Virus record (IMG/VR): IMGVR_UViG_3300032030_000015
Coordinates: 32,001-96,000 of that record
Direction: 5' to 3' (one strand)
Length of the DNA: 64,000 nucleotides
From: a virus
Lineage: Duplodnaviria > Caudoviricetes
Below the pieces are notes generated by a model. It had not been told where the DNA came from. It did no database searches and was given only the letters and a program-made list of their open reading frames with translations. Shown here piece by piece: positions 1-10,125 of the stretch (positions are counted from its first letter, which is position 1; the number at the start of each line of letters is the position of its first letter). The position numbers and the translations under genes were made by a program.

Positions 1-100
1 CCTGCGCTCGGCGAAGCCATGTGCAGCATGTGCAAGGCACTGAATAGTTAATCTTACTTAAATAAGCATTTAATTATTTGCTTGTTTGCTTAAATAAGCG

Positions 101-108
101 TATCTTTG
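101..108 (+). promoter_or_regulatory. Bacteroidetes -7 promoter element upstream of parA
   Basis: TATCTTTG matches TAnnTTTG, with TTTG upstream. Confidence 0.6.
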
Positions 109-165
109 CAACAGCTACAACGAAATCGCGCAAGCGTACACATTATTTATAAAAGCTACACAATT

Positions 166-1032
166 ATGGCAACAAAAGTCAGAAAGCACGAGCTGCGTCA
201 TATCGTGGCCGTGTCAAACAACAAGGGCGGTGCAGGTAAAACCTCCACCGTACTCAACCTCGCGTCGGCCATCGCCCGTCGCATCGAGGGTTATCGTGTT
301 CTCGTTATCGACTGCGATCCGCAGCGTAACCTCTCCTACTTCCTCGGCTGGAACGATGAGTATGAGCTGAAAGGCCAGCCCACCATCTACACTGCCCTCT
401 GTCACGAGCAGCAGGGCCTGCCTGTCTATCGCGCCGAGAACGGCCTGTACTACTCGCCTGCCTCAGTCAACCTGAACGGCATCGACGCAATCCTCTCCCT
501 ACGACCAAACCCCAGCAAGGCACTGGCGGAAATCCTGCAGCGGCCCATCGACGATTGCGTCACTAACGTAAACAGCGATGGCACTGTTGACGAGAGCGGC
601 CTCTCCCCTACTCTCGCCGACTCCTTCGACTTCATCTTCATCGACACACAGCCCGCCATGAGCCGCATGACCTACAACGCGCTCTATGCCGCCGACGGCT
701 ACATCATCCCCACCGAACTGGAGGAAGCCAGCGTGAAGGGTATGGCCAACATCGCCGTGGCAGCCGGTAAGGTGGGTGCCGACACTGGCCGACTGACCTG
801 TCACGGCATTCTCATTACGAAGATTGACGCCAAGCTCCGCTCTGCCCGCCACTACGAGCCTCAGATTCGCCAGGCGTTCTGCGAGACCTTCCAAACGGCT
901 ATTCGTCGCTCAAAGGATATCATCGAGAGCCAGGCCCTGCGCGAGGATGTATTCACCACCTATGGTGGTGGCCGTGCTGCCGAGGATTACACCGCCCTCG
1001 CCGCCGAGTACCTGAAGAAGTTCAGCAAGTAA
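166..1032 (+). CDS. parA: ParA/Soj-family partition ATPase
   Basis: Deviant Walker A NNKGGAGKTS, VLVIDCDPQRN, FIFIDTQP. ATG at 166 preferred over the track start. Confidence 0.95.
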   Translation: MATKVRKHELRHIVAVSNNKGGAGKTSTVLNLASAIARRIEGYRVLVIDCDPQRNLSYFLGWNDEYELKGQPTIYTALCHEQQGLPVYRAENGLYYSPASVNLNGIDAILSLRPNPSKALAEILQRPIDDCVTNVNSDGTVDESGLSPTLADSFDFIFIDTQPAMSRMTYNALYAADGYIIPTELEEASVKGMANIAVAAGKVGADTGRLTCHGILITKIDAKLRSARHYEPQIRQAFCETFQTAIRRSKDIIESQALREDVFTTYGGGRAAEDYTALAAEYLKKFSK

Positions 1033-1334
1033 GTATGAAGAAGTATAGCAAGTAATCATCTGCTTAATTGCTTACACACTCATTTACTTATTTACTCAAT
1101 CACTCAAACAATTATTTAAGCAAGAGCTTATTTAAGTTATTAAGCGTTTAATCTAATAAGCATCTAAGCAAATAAATATTAAAGAGCGATATCATATATA
1201 CATTATTATATATATAAGCAGACAAGCAAATGATTATATAAATAAACAAGCAGATGATTAGATAATTAGATAAGCAGACAAGTAAACAAGTATTCAATCA
1301 AATAAGCGAATAATCATTTAATTAAATAAGCATT
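1033..1334. repeat. AT-rich region with many TAAGCA/AAGCA/AAGTA repeats; candidate parS centromere
   Basis: Repeated (T)AAGCA/TGCTTA between parA and its partner; the motif also occurs at 50-100. Confidence 0.5.
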
Positions 1335-1784
1335 ATGGCAAACAAGAAAGACAAATTCGCAAAGATGCAGCAGAGTGGGGGAGTGGGCTCGTTCCAGGAA
1401 ACCCTCGTACAGGCTGCGACCACCGTAGCCGCCATCGAGCGGCAACAGGAGGAGAACGTACAACCGGCAGTTGTATCACCCGTCGGTACCAGCAGTTTAT
1501 CAAACAATTCATCAGGCGACGCACCAGCTATTAACCCCCAGCAGCCGCTACGCTTCATGCGACTGCCCAATCCGCAGATACCCCTTGCGGAGTACAACCT
1601 TGTGAGCAACTACTGCAACTCGTTCGCCAACATGACGCGCCAGGACTTCGTGGAACTGGCCATCATCGAGAAGCTGCACGCTGACGGCGGCATGTCGCAG
1701 GACGACTTCAACCGTCGCTACGAGGAAATCCGCAACCGTCCGCCTCGCGGCCAGCGAAAGGGAACTAAGCAGTCAAGCAAATAA
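1335..1784 (+). CDS. Small partition partner (type Ib ParB-like, probable RHH)
   Basis: Follows parA; disordered N-terminus, C-terminal strand-helix-helix-like segment (MTRQDFVELAIIEKL). Confidence 0.55.
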   Translation: MANKKDKFAKMQQSGGVGSFQETLVQAATTVAAIERQQEENVQPAVVSPVGTSSLSNNSSGDAPAINPQQPLRFMRLPNPQIPLAEYNLVSNYCNSFANMTRQDFVELAIIEKLHADGGMSQDDFNRRYEEIRNRPPRGQRKGTKQSSK

Positions 1785-1825
1785 GTGTTTAATCATTTAA
1801 GCATTTAATTAAACAATTAAAATCT

Positions 1826-2128
1826 ATGGCAATGACAACGAAACTCGAACGCCTGGAAGCGCTGAGTGCGACGCTGCTGGAGTGCAAGAAGGAATGCGTG
1901 AAGGATGCCGACGAGTGGCAGGTGTACGACGACATGATGACGCGGGTTAAGGAACTGATTGTCGAGGAACAGCGCAGGCTCGGTTATATGGCCGTGTATC
2001 CCATCGAGGACGGACAAGCCGGAGCATCCATATATCACGGCACCCCGGAAGCCTGCGACTCCTACGTTGAAATCCTGCTCGAAGGTCATCCCGAAATGAA
2101 GGGGAATATCATTATCGCGAACATCTAA
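1826..2128 (+). CDS. hypothetical protein
   Basis: ORF with host-like codon use and AT-rich leader. Confidence 0.7.
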   Translation: MAMTTKLERLEALSATLLECKKECVKDADEWQVYDDMMTRVKELIVEEQRRLGYMAVYPIEDGQAGASIYHGTPEACDSYVEILLEGHPEMKGNIIIANI

Positions 2129-2158
2129 TCTATATTCACAATTAAAAGCTACACAACA

Positions 2159-3241
2159 ATGAACAACGGAATCTTCAACCCCAGCCGGAACTTCGCGGCC
2201 ATCGACGTGGAGTACGCCGACGACGAACAGAACATCTGCCAGGTGGGACTGGCGATAGTGAGAGACCTGCAGGTGGAGACCACCCGCGTGTGGAACATCC
2301 AGCCGCCGGGCAACTGTTACGACGAGCGCTACTCGCGCTCGCACCACCTCACCGAGGACGACACCGCCACCGTCGGCACCTTCGACCTCGCCTGGCAGGA
2401 GATACAGCCCATCATCCTCAGCGAAGAACTCTGGGCGCACAATGCCGCCAGCACCGAGCAGCCCGTGCTCGTAAAGAACCTGAAGGCGTGCGACTATGCC
2501 TGGGAGTGGCTGACCGTACACGACAGCCGCGACCTCTACCAGCGGCCAGACTGCCAGGCGAATCGTGGCAACGGACTGGCGCAGTGCTGCATGGCGCTGG
2601 GTATCGAGTTCGACGAGACGGAGCACCACGATGCTGAGTACGACGCACTGAAGTGTGCCGAGATCGTCATCGCCTACGCCCAGGGCCGTCAGCCTCAGTG
2701 GGAGGGCATCGCCAAGAGCAGTGAGGAGCTGCGCAAGCAGCAGCAGGCGAAGCTCATTCTGAAGCCCGGCCAGTTTGCCGCCCATCAGCGCCTGCAGGAC
2801 GAGCAGAAGAAGGCTGGTCTGACCTCAGACAAACTCGACCTCTTCGCCGAACTCACCTCTACCTACGAGGGCGCTCAGCCGCAGATAGTGGACGTGTTCG
2901 ACAAGGGCGACCAGATGCAGAAGGACGGTACCGATCTCGTTGACATCGCCCGTCTCGATACCTCCGACGGCAATCCGCTGCGCGGCAAGGTGGTGGCCAT
3001 CACCGGCGCATTCCATATCTCGCGCAAGGAGATAGAACGTGCGCTGGAGGCCATGGGTGCCACCACCGACGGCATGACGAAGAGCACCAACGTACTGCTG
3101 GTCGGCAACCGTAACGTCGGTCTGCCGAAGCTCGCCAAGCGCGAGAAGCAAACCGACAAAGGCAGCAAGGTGGCCATGGTGGTAGGCGATGCCGACCTGG
3201 ACTCACTCCTCTACGGCGACGGCCGGAAGTTCTTTGAGTAA
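2159..3241 (+). CDS. DEDDh 3'-5' exonuclease (Pol III epsilon-like) with C-terminal BRCT domain
   Basis: AIDVE, AHNA, HHDAEYDA; BRCT-like LRGKVVAITGAF...MTKSTNVLLVG. Confidence 0.85.
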   Translation: MNNGIFNPSRNFAAIDVEYADDEQNICQVGLAIVRDLQVETTRVWNIQPPGNCYDERYSRSHHLTEDDTATVGTFDLAWQEIQPIILSEELWAHNAASTEQPVLVKNLKACDYAWEWLTVHDSRDLYQRPDCQANRGNGLAQCCMALGIEFDETEHHDAEYDALKCAEIVIAYAQGRQPQWEGIAKSSEELRKQQQAKLILKPGQFAAHQRLQDEQKKAGLTSDKLDLFAELTSTYEGAQPQIVDVFDKGDQMQKDGTDLVDIARLDTSDGNPLRGKVVAITGAFHISRKEIERALEAMGATTDGMTKSTNVLLVGNRNVGLPKLAKREKQTDKGSKVAMVVGDADLDSLLYGDGRKFFE

Positions 3242-3248
3242 CCCGTTC

Positions 3249-3940
3249 ACCTACTATTTCGGAAAACCTGCGTGCGAATGTGCGCAGGTTTTTTCGTGCC
3301 AGTGATTGGCAAAGACACGCCCACGAATGACCTACCATTTCGGAAAACTTTTCTTCTGGCCAGGCAGGGAGAGGGGGTAGGGGGAGAGGGTAAGCAACCT
3401 ACCAATTCGGAAAACCTCGAATAATCTTATTTGCGCAGAAAATCCAGACAAAACGTAATTACCTGTAAATCAGACGGTTTTTGTTTGCTGACAATTTGCC
3501 GTAGGCTAAATGCAGCAATCCTTCCAGAGTCAAAGCGCTACTAAGTTCAGACCTTTCCCTTATTCTTTTCCTTTCTTTTTCCTTCAAAAAAAGAAAAGAA
3601 ACGCCTCGAATCGTCTTTATAATATGTTCCTTCTATAGAATATCGAATAGAAATATATATACCACCGCAAATTTTTTCTGATTATCAGCGAGTTACGAAC
3701 AAAAGTTTTCCGAGTTGGTAGGGCGCGGTTTACCGTGATGGTAGGTACTGGTTTAGCACGTTGGTAGGCTCAGATTACCCGAAAACGTAGGATGGAGTTT
3801 ACCGAATTGGTAGGCGATTGCGCCCATAGTTTTCCGAGTTGGTAGGTGGAGGTTTACCGAATTGGTAGGTCATTATAGGTTTCCGAAAATGCAGCCGACA
3901 TTGCCCGAAAACAAAGGCTTAGTTTTCCGAAATAGTAGGC
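3249..3940. repeat. Iteron-type replication origin
   Basis: About 10 copies of a ~19-bp GTTTWCCGARWTGGTAGG: three inverted (~3249, ~3330, ~3397) and about seven direct (~3704-3940). They flank an AT-rich core directly upstream of repA. Confidence 0.8.
3263..3294 (+). terminator. Intrinsic terminator
   Basis: AAAACCTGCG...CGCAGGTTTTTT. Confidence 0.65.
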
Positions 3941-4057
3941 GGAACTTCCCGAAACAAAAGGCGCGATTTTGTAACTTGCTGATAATCAAAACAAACAAAT
4001 TTGCATCCAAAAATAAAACTTTTCCCGAAAAAGTTTGGAAGTTTCAAATTTAATTTC

Positions 4058-4065
4058 TATCTTTG
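4058..4065 (+). promoter_or_regulatory. Bacteroidetes -7 promoter for repA
   Basis: TATCTTTG, with TTTG at the -33 position. Confidence 0.65.
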
Positions 4066-4109
4066 TGCCCTGAAAGGTCACTCCCGCAACAATTTAAAAG
4101 CTACACAAT

Positions 4110-5411
4110 ATGTTCAAGAAGAAAACCGCTGTTGACGCTCAGTCTAAGCCGACGAAGCCGTCAGAGGACACGAAGTCGCCGACGACCCCGCAGCCTCGTA
4201 AGTCCAAGAAAAAGAAGGCCGTCACCCTGAGCCTTCAGGATCTGATTACCCAGCCACGGGCGCTGGCCCACCTGCCGATGATGAACAAGGTCACCGGCTA
4301 CCGTGTGCTCATCGCCGTGCTCCAGCGGCTGCAGGGACTCTGGCGCATCGCCAAGATGCCTCAGACCGACAAGACCGGCCAGCTCTACCTGAACTTCATC
4401 ACCGACGAGTTCGAGGTCATCAAGGAGAACACGAAGGTGCTCAGCAAGGGCGACGTGCTCTTCAAGTTGCGCATGTCCGACATTGCCGACGACCCGCACT
4501 ACGAGGAAGCCCGCACCGCGCTCTACTCGCTCACCCACGTACAGTGCTTCATCCCCGACCCCGACAAGCCGGGCTACTACGTCACCGAGAACCTGATGAA
4601 GATTGAGGGCAAGCGCGAGAACGGCCGCTTCGTGGGCACGGACTTCTCGGTCATCATCCCCCGCACGATAGCCGAGAACATCCTCGACATCAACCTCTTC
4701 TCGAACTATACCCGCTTCGTGGGCTACACGGCAGGCAAGCTGCGCTCGTCGTTCTCCTACCCCCTCTACATCTACCTCTCCGAGGAATGGCGCCACCATG
4801 GCGAGCGGTTCGTCATACCGATGCGCGACCTGCGCACCCGTCTGGGCTTCGTGAAGGACAGCGACGACCCAGACCGCGAGAACCGCTACGGCTCGTGGAG
4901 CCAGTTCTGCGACAAGGTGCTCAACCAGGCACAGAAGGAACTCGACAAGCTGGCCGAGGGTGGGGGAGCCGACTTCACCTTCATCTATCAGGGACTGCTC
5001 CACGGCACGCCCCTGCCGCCCTACAAGCGCCCCGATGCCGTGGCCTTCACCATCCTGCCCACCGAGGCCGGACGCACTATCAAGGAAGAGAACGACTACG
5101 CCCCCAACCGCGAGATATGCCAGAAGCTCATGGTCGAGTTCTTCGGCCTGCACATCAACCAGGCGCGAGCCCTCCTGCGCCGCGTCACGCCCGTCATCAT
5201 GCCAGGCTTTGTCGAGCAGCTGCAGCAGTGGCACGACGAGTTCATGGCCGGCCGCCATGCCGACGTGAAGAAGATACCCGCCTGGGCCTACACCGCCATC
5301 GACGAGCATATCCGCACCGAGGAGAACAAGCAGTTCGCCCAGGCTGAAGAGATTGTAGATGACGTGCCCAGCGGTTCAGTGGATGACAAAATAACTATGG
5401 AGGAATTTTGA
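4110..5411 (+). CDS. repA: Plasmid-type replication initiator (Rep_3/RepB-like)
   Basis: Rep_3-like segments NYTRF..KLRSSFSYPLYIYLSE, IPMRDLRTRLG, Y.SWSQFCDKVLNQAQKEL; adjacent iterons. Confidence 0.85.
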   Translation: MFKKKTAVDAQSKPTKPSEDTKSPTTPQPRKSKKKKAVTLSLQDLITQPRALAHLPMMNKVTGYRVLIAVLQRLQGLWRIAKMPQTDKTGQLYLNFITDEFEVIKENTKVLSKGDVLFKLRMSDIADDPHYEEARTALYSLTHVQCFIPDPDKPGYYVTENLMKIEGKRENGRFVGTDFSVIIPRTIAENILDINLFSNYTRFVGYTAGKLRSSFSYPLYIYLSEEWRHHGERFVIPMRDLRTRLGFVKDSDDPDRENRYGSWSQFCDKVLNQAQKELDKLAEGGGADFTFIYQGLLHGTPLPPYKRPDAVAFTILPTEAGRTIKEENDYAPNREICQKLMVEFFGLHINQARALLRRVTPVIMPGFVEQLQQWHDEFMAGRHADVKKIPAWAYTAIDEHIRTEENKQFAQAEEIVDDVPSGSVDDKITMEEF

Positions 5412-6301
5412 TGGAGAACAGTCAAGAACTTTGGGGCCGGTGCCTCAGTATGATCCGCGAGAATATCAGCAAGGACGTGAGGATCATCACACACGACGAT
5501 GCCGCGTGGGTGTATGACACATGGTTCGCGCCCATCGCGCTGGAGAGCTTCGACGCTGCGACGGGCGCCCTTTCGCTGCGAGTGCCCGACCGCCACGTCT
5601 GCGACTACATCGAACACTACCGCATGGGGCTCTGGTCGTGGGCGCTCCGCTCCGTGTTCGGCCAGCAGGTGCGGCTCAGTTATCATATCCTGCAGCCGTC
5701 GCCCGACCACCCCGAGGGGTTCCTCTCCGCCGTGCTGCCAGGGCGGGCGCAGTTCTCCGTTCCCGATGCCCGTCAGAAGGTGGAGGACGGCCTGCGCCGT
5801 GTCGTGGGCGATGGCTACAAGTGGCTCGATGCCTACGACAAGATAGCCGACTGGCTCAGCGATAACAAGGGTAGGGGACTGCTCGTCGTTGGCACACCCG
5901 GTATGGGCAAGTCTGAAATCTGTTGCAATGTGCTGCCGCCCATCCTCGGCGGTCCGGAGTGGCAGAAGAAAATCCCCGTGGTGCGTGCCGGCGGCATGCG
6001 GCAGCGTATCGACGAACTGAAGCGTGCCCGCTGTGTCATCATCGACGACCTTGGCAAGGAACCGCGCAAGCATTATGGCGACACCGACCAGACGTTCTTC
6101 GACCTCTGCGAGGCGTCGGTGCAGGGCGGTCCGCTGCTTATCATCACCACCAACCTCTCCACTACGCCCGTGCAGCCGCAGTTCCGTGACCGTTATCCGC
6201 TCTCCATCCAGGAGCGTTACGGCTCCGAGGTGCTCGACCGCCTGAAGACCATCACAAAGATGGTGCGCATTGAGGGGAAATCCCTTCGCCCGGTAGGGTA
6301 G
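5408..6301 (+). CDS. DnaA N-terminal domain fused to a DnaC/IstB-like AAA+ ATPase (helicase loader)
   Basis: N-terminal LWGRCL...YDTWFAPI; Walker A GTPGMGKS, Walker B IIDDLGKE, IITTNL, ERYG..VLDRL. Confidence 0.8.
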   Translation: MMENSQELWGRCLSMIRENISKDVRIITHDDAAWVYDTWFAPIALESFDAATGALSLRVPDRHVCDYIEHYRMGLWSWALRSVFGQQVRLSYHILQPSPDHPEGFLSAVLPGRAQFSVPDARQKVEDGLRRVVGDGYKWLDAYDKIADWLSDNKGRGLLVVGTPGMGKSEICCNVLPPILGGPEWQKKIPVVRAGGMRQRIDELKRARCVIIDDLGKEPRKHYGDTDQTFFDLCEASVQGGPLLIITTNLSTTPVQPQFRDRYPLSIQERYGSEVLDRLKTITKMVRIEGKSLRPVG

Positions 6302-6330
6302 GGCGTTGGTCCAGATGGCACCCAAAAACG

Positions 6331-6930
6331 TCATTTCAGACGTTTTTGCCTCCTTTGCCATTCCCGCCTGATCGCCGGCACATGGATGTCATCGGTACCG
6401 TTCGCCTGGCAGAAGGCCTCAATCATATCCTGCTGGGCGTACTTCTCGCCACGGTGCTGCCGGGCATACTCCTGGGCGTAGTCGCTCACGGCCTGCCAGA
6501 ACGCCTCTCTCAGCAGCCGCTGCATGGCCACGGCCTGCTTGTGGGTGAAGCACGTGTCCTGGCTCCAGGGACGCAGTACGCCGTCCTCCGTCACCGCGTT
6601 CTTCGGGCACTCGATGGGCACGTACAGCCCGAGCACGTCCTTGGTCAGCCCATACTCACGTTCCACCGCCGCCGCGTCGTAGCGCATGCCGGCGTCGATG
6701 GCGTTGCGCAGTGCAGCCGACATCACCGTGCCCACGTCCGTAGCCGCCAGCGCCGTGTTGTCCGTCGTCTCCATGCGCAGCACGTCCCTGGCACCGTCCA
6801 GGTGCTGCACCGTTACCACCTTCTTCTCCCTGATTGTCATCCCGCCTCCAAGCTCTCTCTGAATCCACCCGTGCATAAAGTCCGTCACCCTCAGCCACGT
6901 TACGGGTGGTGGCTCGTAGGTCCTTTCCAT
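6331..6930 (-). CDS. hypothetical phage protein
   Basis: ATG at 6930 follows a TACCTTTG promoter (~6940-6947, minus strand); strong codon bias. Confidence 0.7.
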   Translation of the reverse strand: MERTYEPPPVTWLRVTDFMHGWIQRELGGGMTIREKKVVTVQHLDGARDVLRMETTDNTALAATDVGTVMSAALRNAIDAGMRYDAAAVEREYGLTKDVLGLYVPIECPKNAVTEDGVLRPWSQDTCFTHKQAVAMQRLLREAFWQAVSDYAQEYARQHRGEKYAQQDMIEAFCQANGTDDIHVPAIRREWQRRQKRLK

Positions 6931-7712
6931 AACAGGGGACAAAGGTACGAATAAGCGAGCAAAAAACCAAATATTTATTTGAGTTTTTTCGAGCGTGAGT
7001 ATCTTCGACCGTAGGTCAGAGGTACACATTTTCCCGCAGAAAACCGCCATCATCCGTGATAATTCGTGTTAAAAACCGCCCTGACTGCCGAAGCCTCGTT
7101 TTCATCGTTTTCATCATTTTCATTGGATTTTCATATCTGTGTAAAAGCCATGAAAGGATTTTCAATTTGTAACCGATTGAAAATCAATGTGTTGAAAATC
7201 GAGTGCGCTCTGTTTTCATAAAATGCGCTATTTTCACCGAAACTTTTCTCTTATAAAAAATCACACTTTTAACTACATTCACACGGCAAACTCCCCGAAC
7301 CCCACTAAGAGAGAAATAGGATTTGAAAATAAGAAAAGAAGTTGATTATCAATAACTTACGTATATAGTATAGTATTACGTTGTCGTTTTTCAATTAAAA
7401 TTTTACTATAAAAATATATGAAGTATGAAAAATCAGCGCAAATTTAGCGCGAAATCGGCGCTTCGAGGTGGTGTAACAAATTGAATATTAGCACGTTACA
7501 AAATCCAGAACAGCGCATTTTGCGCCATCATTCTCTAAACTGCCAACTACAAAGCGAAAATTTTTCGCCCTCGCGAAACGCCCTGTACATCGTGGTTTCC
7601 GCGCAATCCGCCGCCAACTACACAGGACACCCGCCTCAATGAAAGCGAGCGCACGCTTGGCAGTCTCAGAAAATCTTCGTACCTTTGCAGCGGTTTTATG
7701 AGATAAACCGCT

Positions 7713-7775
7713 GCGAGTCTGCTCACGCTCGGAAGAGTCGATGCAAGCATCACTCTCCGCTCGCTTAACCGCAGC
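7713..7775 (-). repeat. 63-bp dispersed repeat, copy 1
   Basis: GCTGCG.TTAAGCGAG...GATGCTTGCATC...GAGCGTGAGCAG..TCG; other copies at 9424, 15834, 25537, 27978, 61437. Confidence 0.85.
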
Positions 7776-8175
7776 CTTGCACCCATCGCTCTTTCAAACA
7801 TTGCCATAAGTATTTGATGATACCCCTGCGCTGGCACGCTGGATGTTGCACTCGATCATACTCCAGTGCCTGAGCGCGGGGCCCCATTCGGGGCAGTTCC
7901 CCTTCACCCTAAAACGGCAGGTATCCCGCCGCACCACCAACCCTGCCGTCTGTCCCGAACCCTAAACCCGTTGAACCGGTTGTTCGTGTTCTGTGCGTTC
8001 ACACGCCGTCAGAGAACACTGCCGCGCCGACCTCACCGTCCGCGCACCCCCACGATCCCTTCGTTGTAGCTTTCGATTGGTTCGTGGGGATTTTTATGTC
8101 CTTAAACTAAAACAATCCGCACCATTGCCCTTGCGCCCGTCGCCGCGAATGCGTATATTGCGCCTATAATCATTT

Positions 8176-8895
8176 ATGTATAGGCGTATGATCCACAATT
8201 ATTTCGACCCAAGCGACCCTATGGGGATGTACTACAACCCCATGCCGGAGCACATGACCGACCGCGAGCGCGACAAGTATCTGCGTCAGAGCCTGCGGAT
8301 GGCTGTAAAAACTATTATCGGCTTCGTTGCAGCTCTGGCCGCCTTCGCCGTCCTCAGTCTGCTGACCAGTTGCACACCTCAGAAGATAATCTCCAGCGAC
8401 GTGACCGACCACCGTATCACCGACATGCTGCAGCGCATGGACTCGCTGATGGCGACGCGCACCGTCGTGCAGCAGGACTCGGCATGGCGCGAGACCATCC
8501 TGAAGCAGTTCCAGAGCATCCGCGAGAAGAGCGACACCAGTCACAGCGTCACGCTCAGTGCTTCCGGCGACACCATCCGCGAGAAGATCATCATCAACAA
8601 TGTACGCGAGACGACCAGCGAGACCGACCGCCACGAGCGCGAGGTGATGATGCACCGCCTGGAGGTGATGGACTCGACCATGAACATCATGCGACAGCAG
8701 ATAGCGCACTCCGACTCCCTGCTGCAGCAGCAGAAGCAGACGGAAATCAAGGAGGTGCCGAAGCCGCTCTCCTGGTGGCAGCAGATGCAGCTGTGGCTTG
8801 GCCGTCTGGTGCTCGTCGCCCTCGCCGTCTGTGCCGGGTGGTGGATCGTGAAGAAGCGCACATGGTGGCTCGCCCTGCTGAAGAAATTCGTATAA
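8176..8895 (+). CDS. Lipoprotein with C-terminal TM segment; unimolecular spanin-like lysis protein
   Basis: Hydrophobic stretch plus lipobox LLTSC, coiled coil, KPLSWWQ followed by a C-terminal TM helix. Confidence 0.55.
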   Translation: MYRRMIHNYFDPSDPMGMYYNPMPEHMTDRERDKYLRQSLRMAVKTIIGFVAALAAFAVLSLLTSCTPQKIISSDVTDHRITDMLQRMDSLMATRTVVQQDSAWRETILKQFQSIREKSDTSHSVTLSASGDTIREKIIINNVRETTSETDRHEREVMMHRLEVMDSTMNIMRQQIAHSDSLLQQQKQTEIKEVPKPLSWWQQMQLWLGRLVLVALAVCAGWWIVKKRTWWLALLKKFV

Positions 8896-8913
8896 TTCGT
8901 ATAATTCGTAGTT

Positions 8914-9234
8914 ATGACAAAGGTATTAGTATTAAGTGAACTGCGGCGGGTGGCGGAGCGGACGCGGATGGTGAAGGCCCGTGTGCCGGACGGTCGTGGC
9001 GGCTTCGTGGTGAGGGAGGTTCAGGAGCGCATCCCTTGGCGCGTGTGGTATGTGGCTGCCTCTAATGGCGACATGATCCTGGGGGAGGAGTGTGTGACTT
9101 TATCGGTGGATGTGCCGCCGAACTGCCCCGGGGCTTATCCCTCGCGCTTAGTCCAATTCACCAGCAGCGGGGCCACAAGGCGACTGCGAGATGTCTGCAT
9201 CCTCCGCGCCGATGACTTCGACCTGATAGTCTGA
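8914..9234 (+). CDS. Bacteroidales prophage-type small protein
   Basis: C-terminal RLVQF..SG..RRLRDVCI pattern resembles Bacteroidales prophage proteins (from recollection). Confidence 0.6.
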   Translation: MTKVLVLSELRRVAERTRMVKARVPDGRGGFVVREVQERIPWRVWYVAASNGDMILGEECVTLSVDVPPNCPGAYPSRLVQFTSSGATRRLRDVCILRADDFDLIV

Positions 9235-9252
9235 TATGGGGTGGTCGTCGCA

Positions 9253-9295
9253 GGCTCCTCAAAATTATCCGAAAATTATTCTGAAAATTATTCAA
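9253..9295 (+). repeat. 43-bp exact repeat (AAAATTAT x3), also at 19982-20024
   Basis: GGCTCCTCAAAATTATCCGAAAATTATTCTGAAAATTATTCAA is identical at both sites. Confidence 0.9.
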
Positions 9296-9423
9296 TTCCT
9301 GTAATTCGTAGTTGGAAGACAAAAGAAATTTTCAGCCAAATTTTCAGTAAATTTCGAGCGAAGCGACCCAGTGAGGACAGAATCATCAAAAAAGTAACAC
9401 AGTTATAACGAAGATTAACTTTT

Positions 9424-9481
9424 CGATTAAGCGAGGGGGGGCGATGCTTGCATCAGGTCCTCCGAGCGTGAGAAAAGTCGA
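9424..9481 (+). repeat. 63-bp dispersed repeat, copy 2
   Basis: CGATTAAGCGAGGG...GATGCTTGCATC...CCGAGCGTGAG. Confidence 0.8.
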
Positions 9482-9515
9482 ACGATAGTTCAACAATTAA
9501 AATTTCAGAATAGTT

Positions 9516-9968
9516 ATGTCACAAAACAGTTTAACCCGCATGGCGCGGAAGATATCGAAGCGCAGCGGCATTGCCCTGCCGACGGTGGAGGAGGTGCTGA
9601 AGGCGTCGTTCGACGAATGGCGCCAGGAGTTGACCGAGGGCTCCGGCATCGTGGTGGTCGAGTCGTTCGGAACGATGAGCGTGAAGGAGGTGCCCGCCCG
9701 CTCTTACCACTACTACCGCCCGGAGAAAGGTATCGACCGAATGGTTCCGCTGCCAGCCAAACGGACGCTGAAGTTCACGCCCACGCGCAACATGCGCCGC
9801 GAGCTGGAGCAGCGGCGATTCGACCCTACGCGCAAGGCCTTCTTCCGTCATCCCGACGATCCGCGCAACCGCTACAGTAGTCAGTCGAAGTATAAGAAAC
9901 TGACCAAGCATGTCGCCAAGCTCGGCCAGATAAAATACGAGCGAACGACCTCGGATGACACGGATTAA
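9516..9968 (+). CDS. HU/IHF-family DNA-binding protein
   Basis: VVVESFGTMSVKEVPAR...LPAKRTLKFTPT. Confidence 0.85.
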   Translation: MSQNSLTRMARKISKRSGIALPTVEEVLKASFDEWRQELTEGSGIVVVESFGTMSVKEVPARSYHYYRPEKGIDRMVPLPAKRTLKFTPTRNMRRELEQRRFDPTRKAFFRHPDDPRNRYSSQSKYKKLTKHVAKLGQIKYERTTSDDTD

Positions 9969-10125
9969 ACGGATTTAGGGCAAAGTGCCCAAAAAAGTAA
10001 CAACATCTTAACAAAGTTTCACAATTTGTTTTCGCGTCACCGACACCCCCGAAATATTGCGCTTAGAGTAGTTCTCGGAAAAATTAGAGTAGTTTTCAAA
10101 TTCACAAACACAAAACATTAGCATC

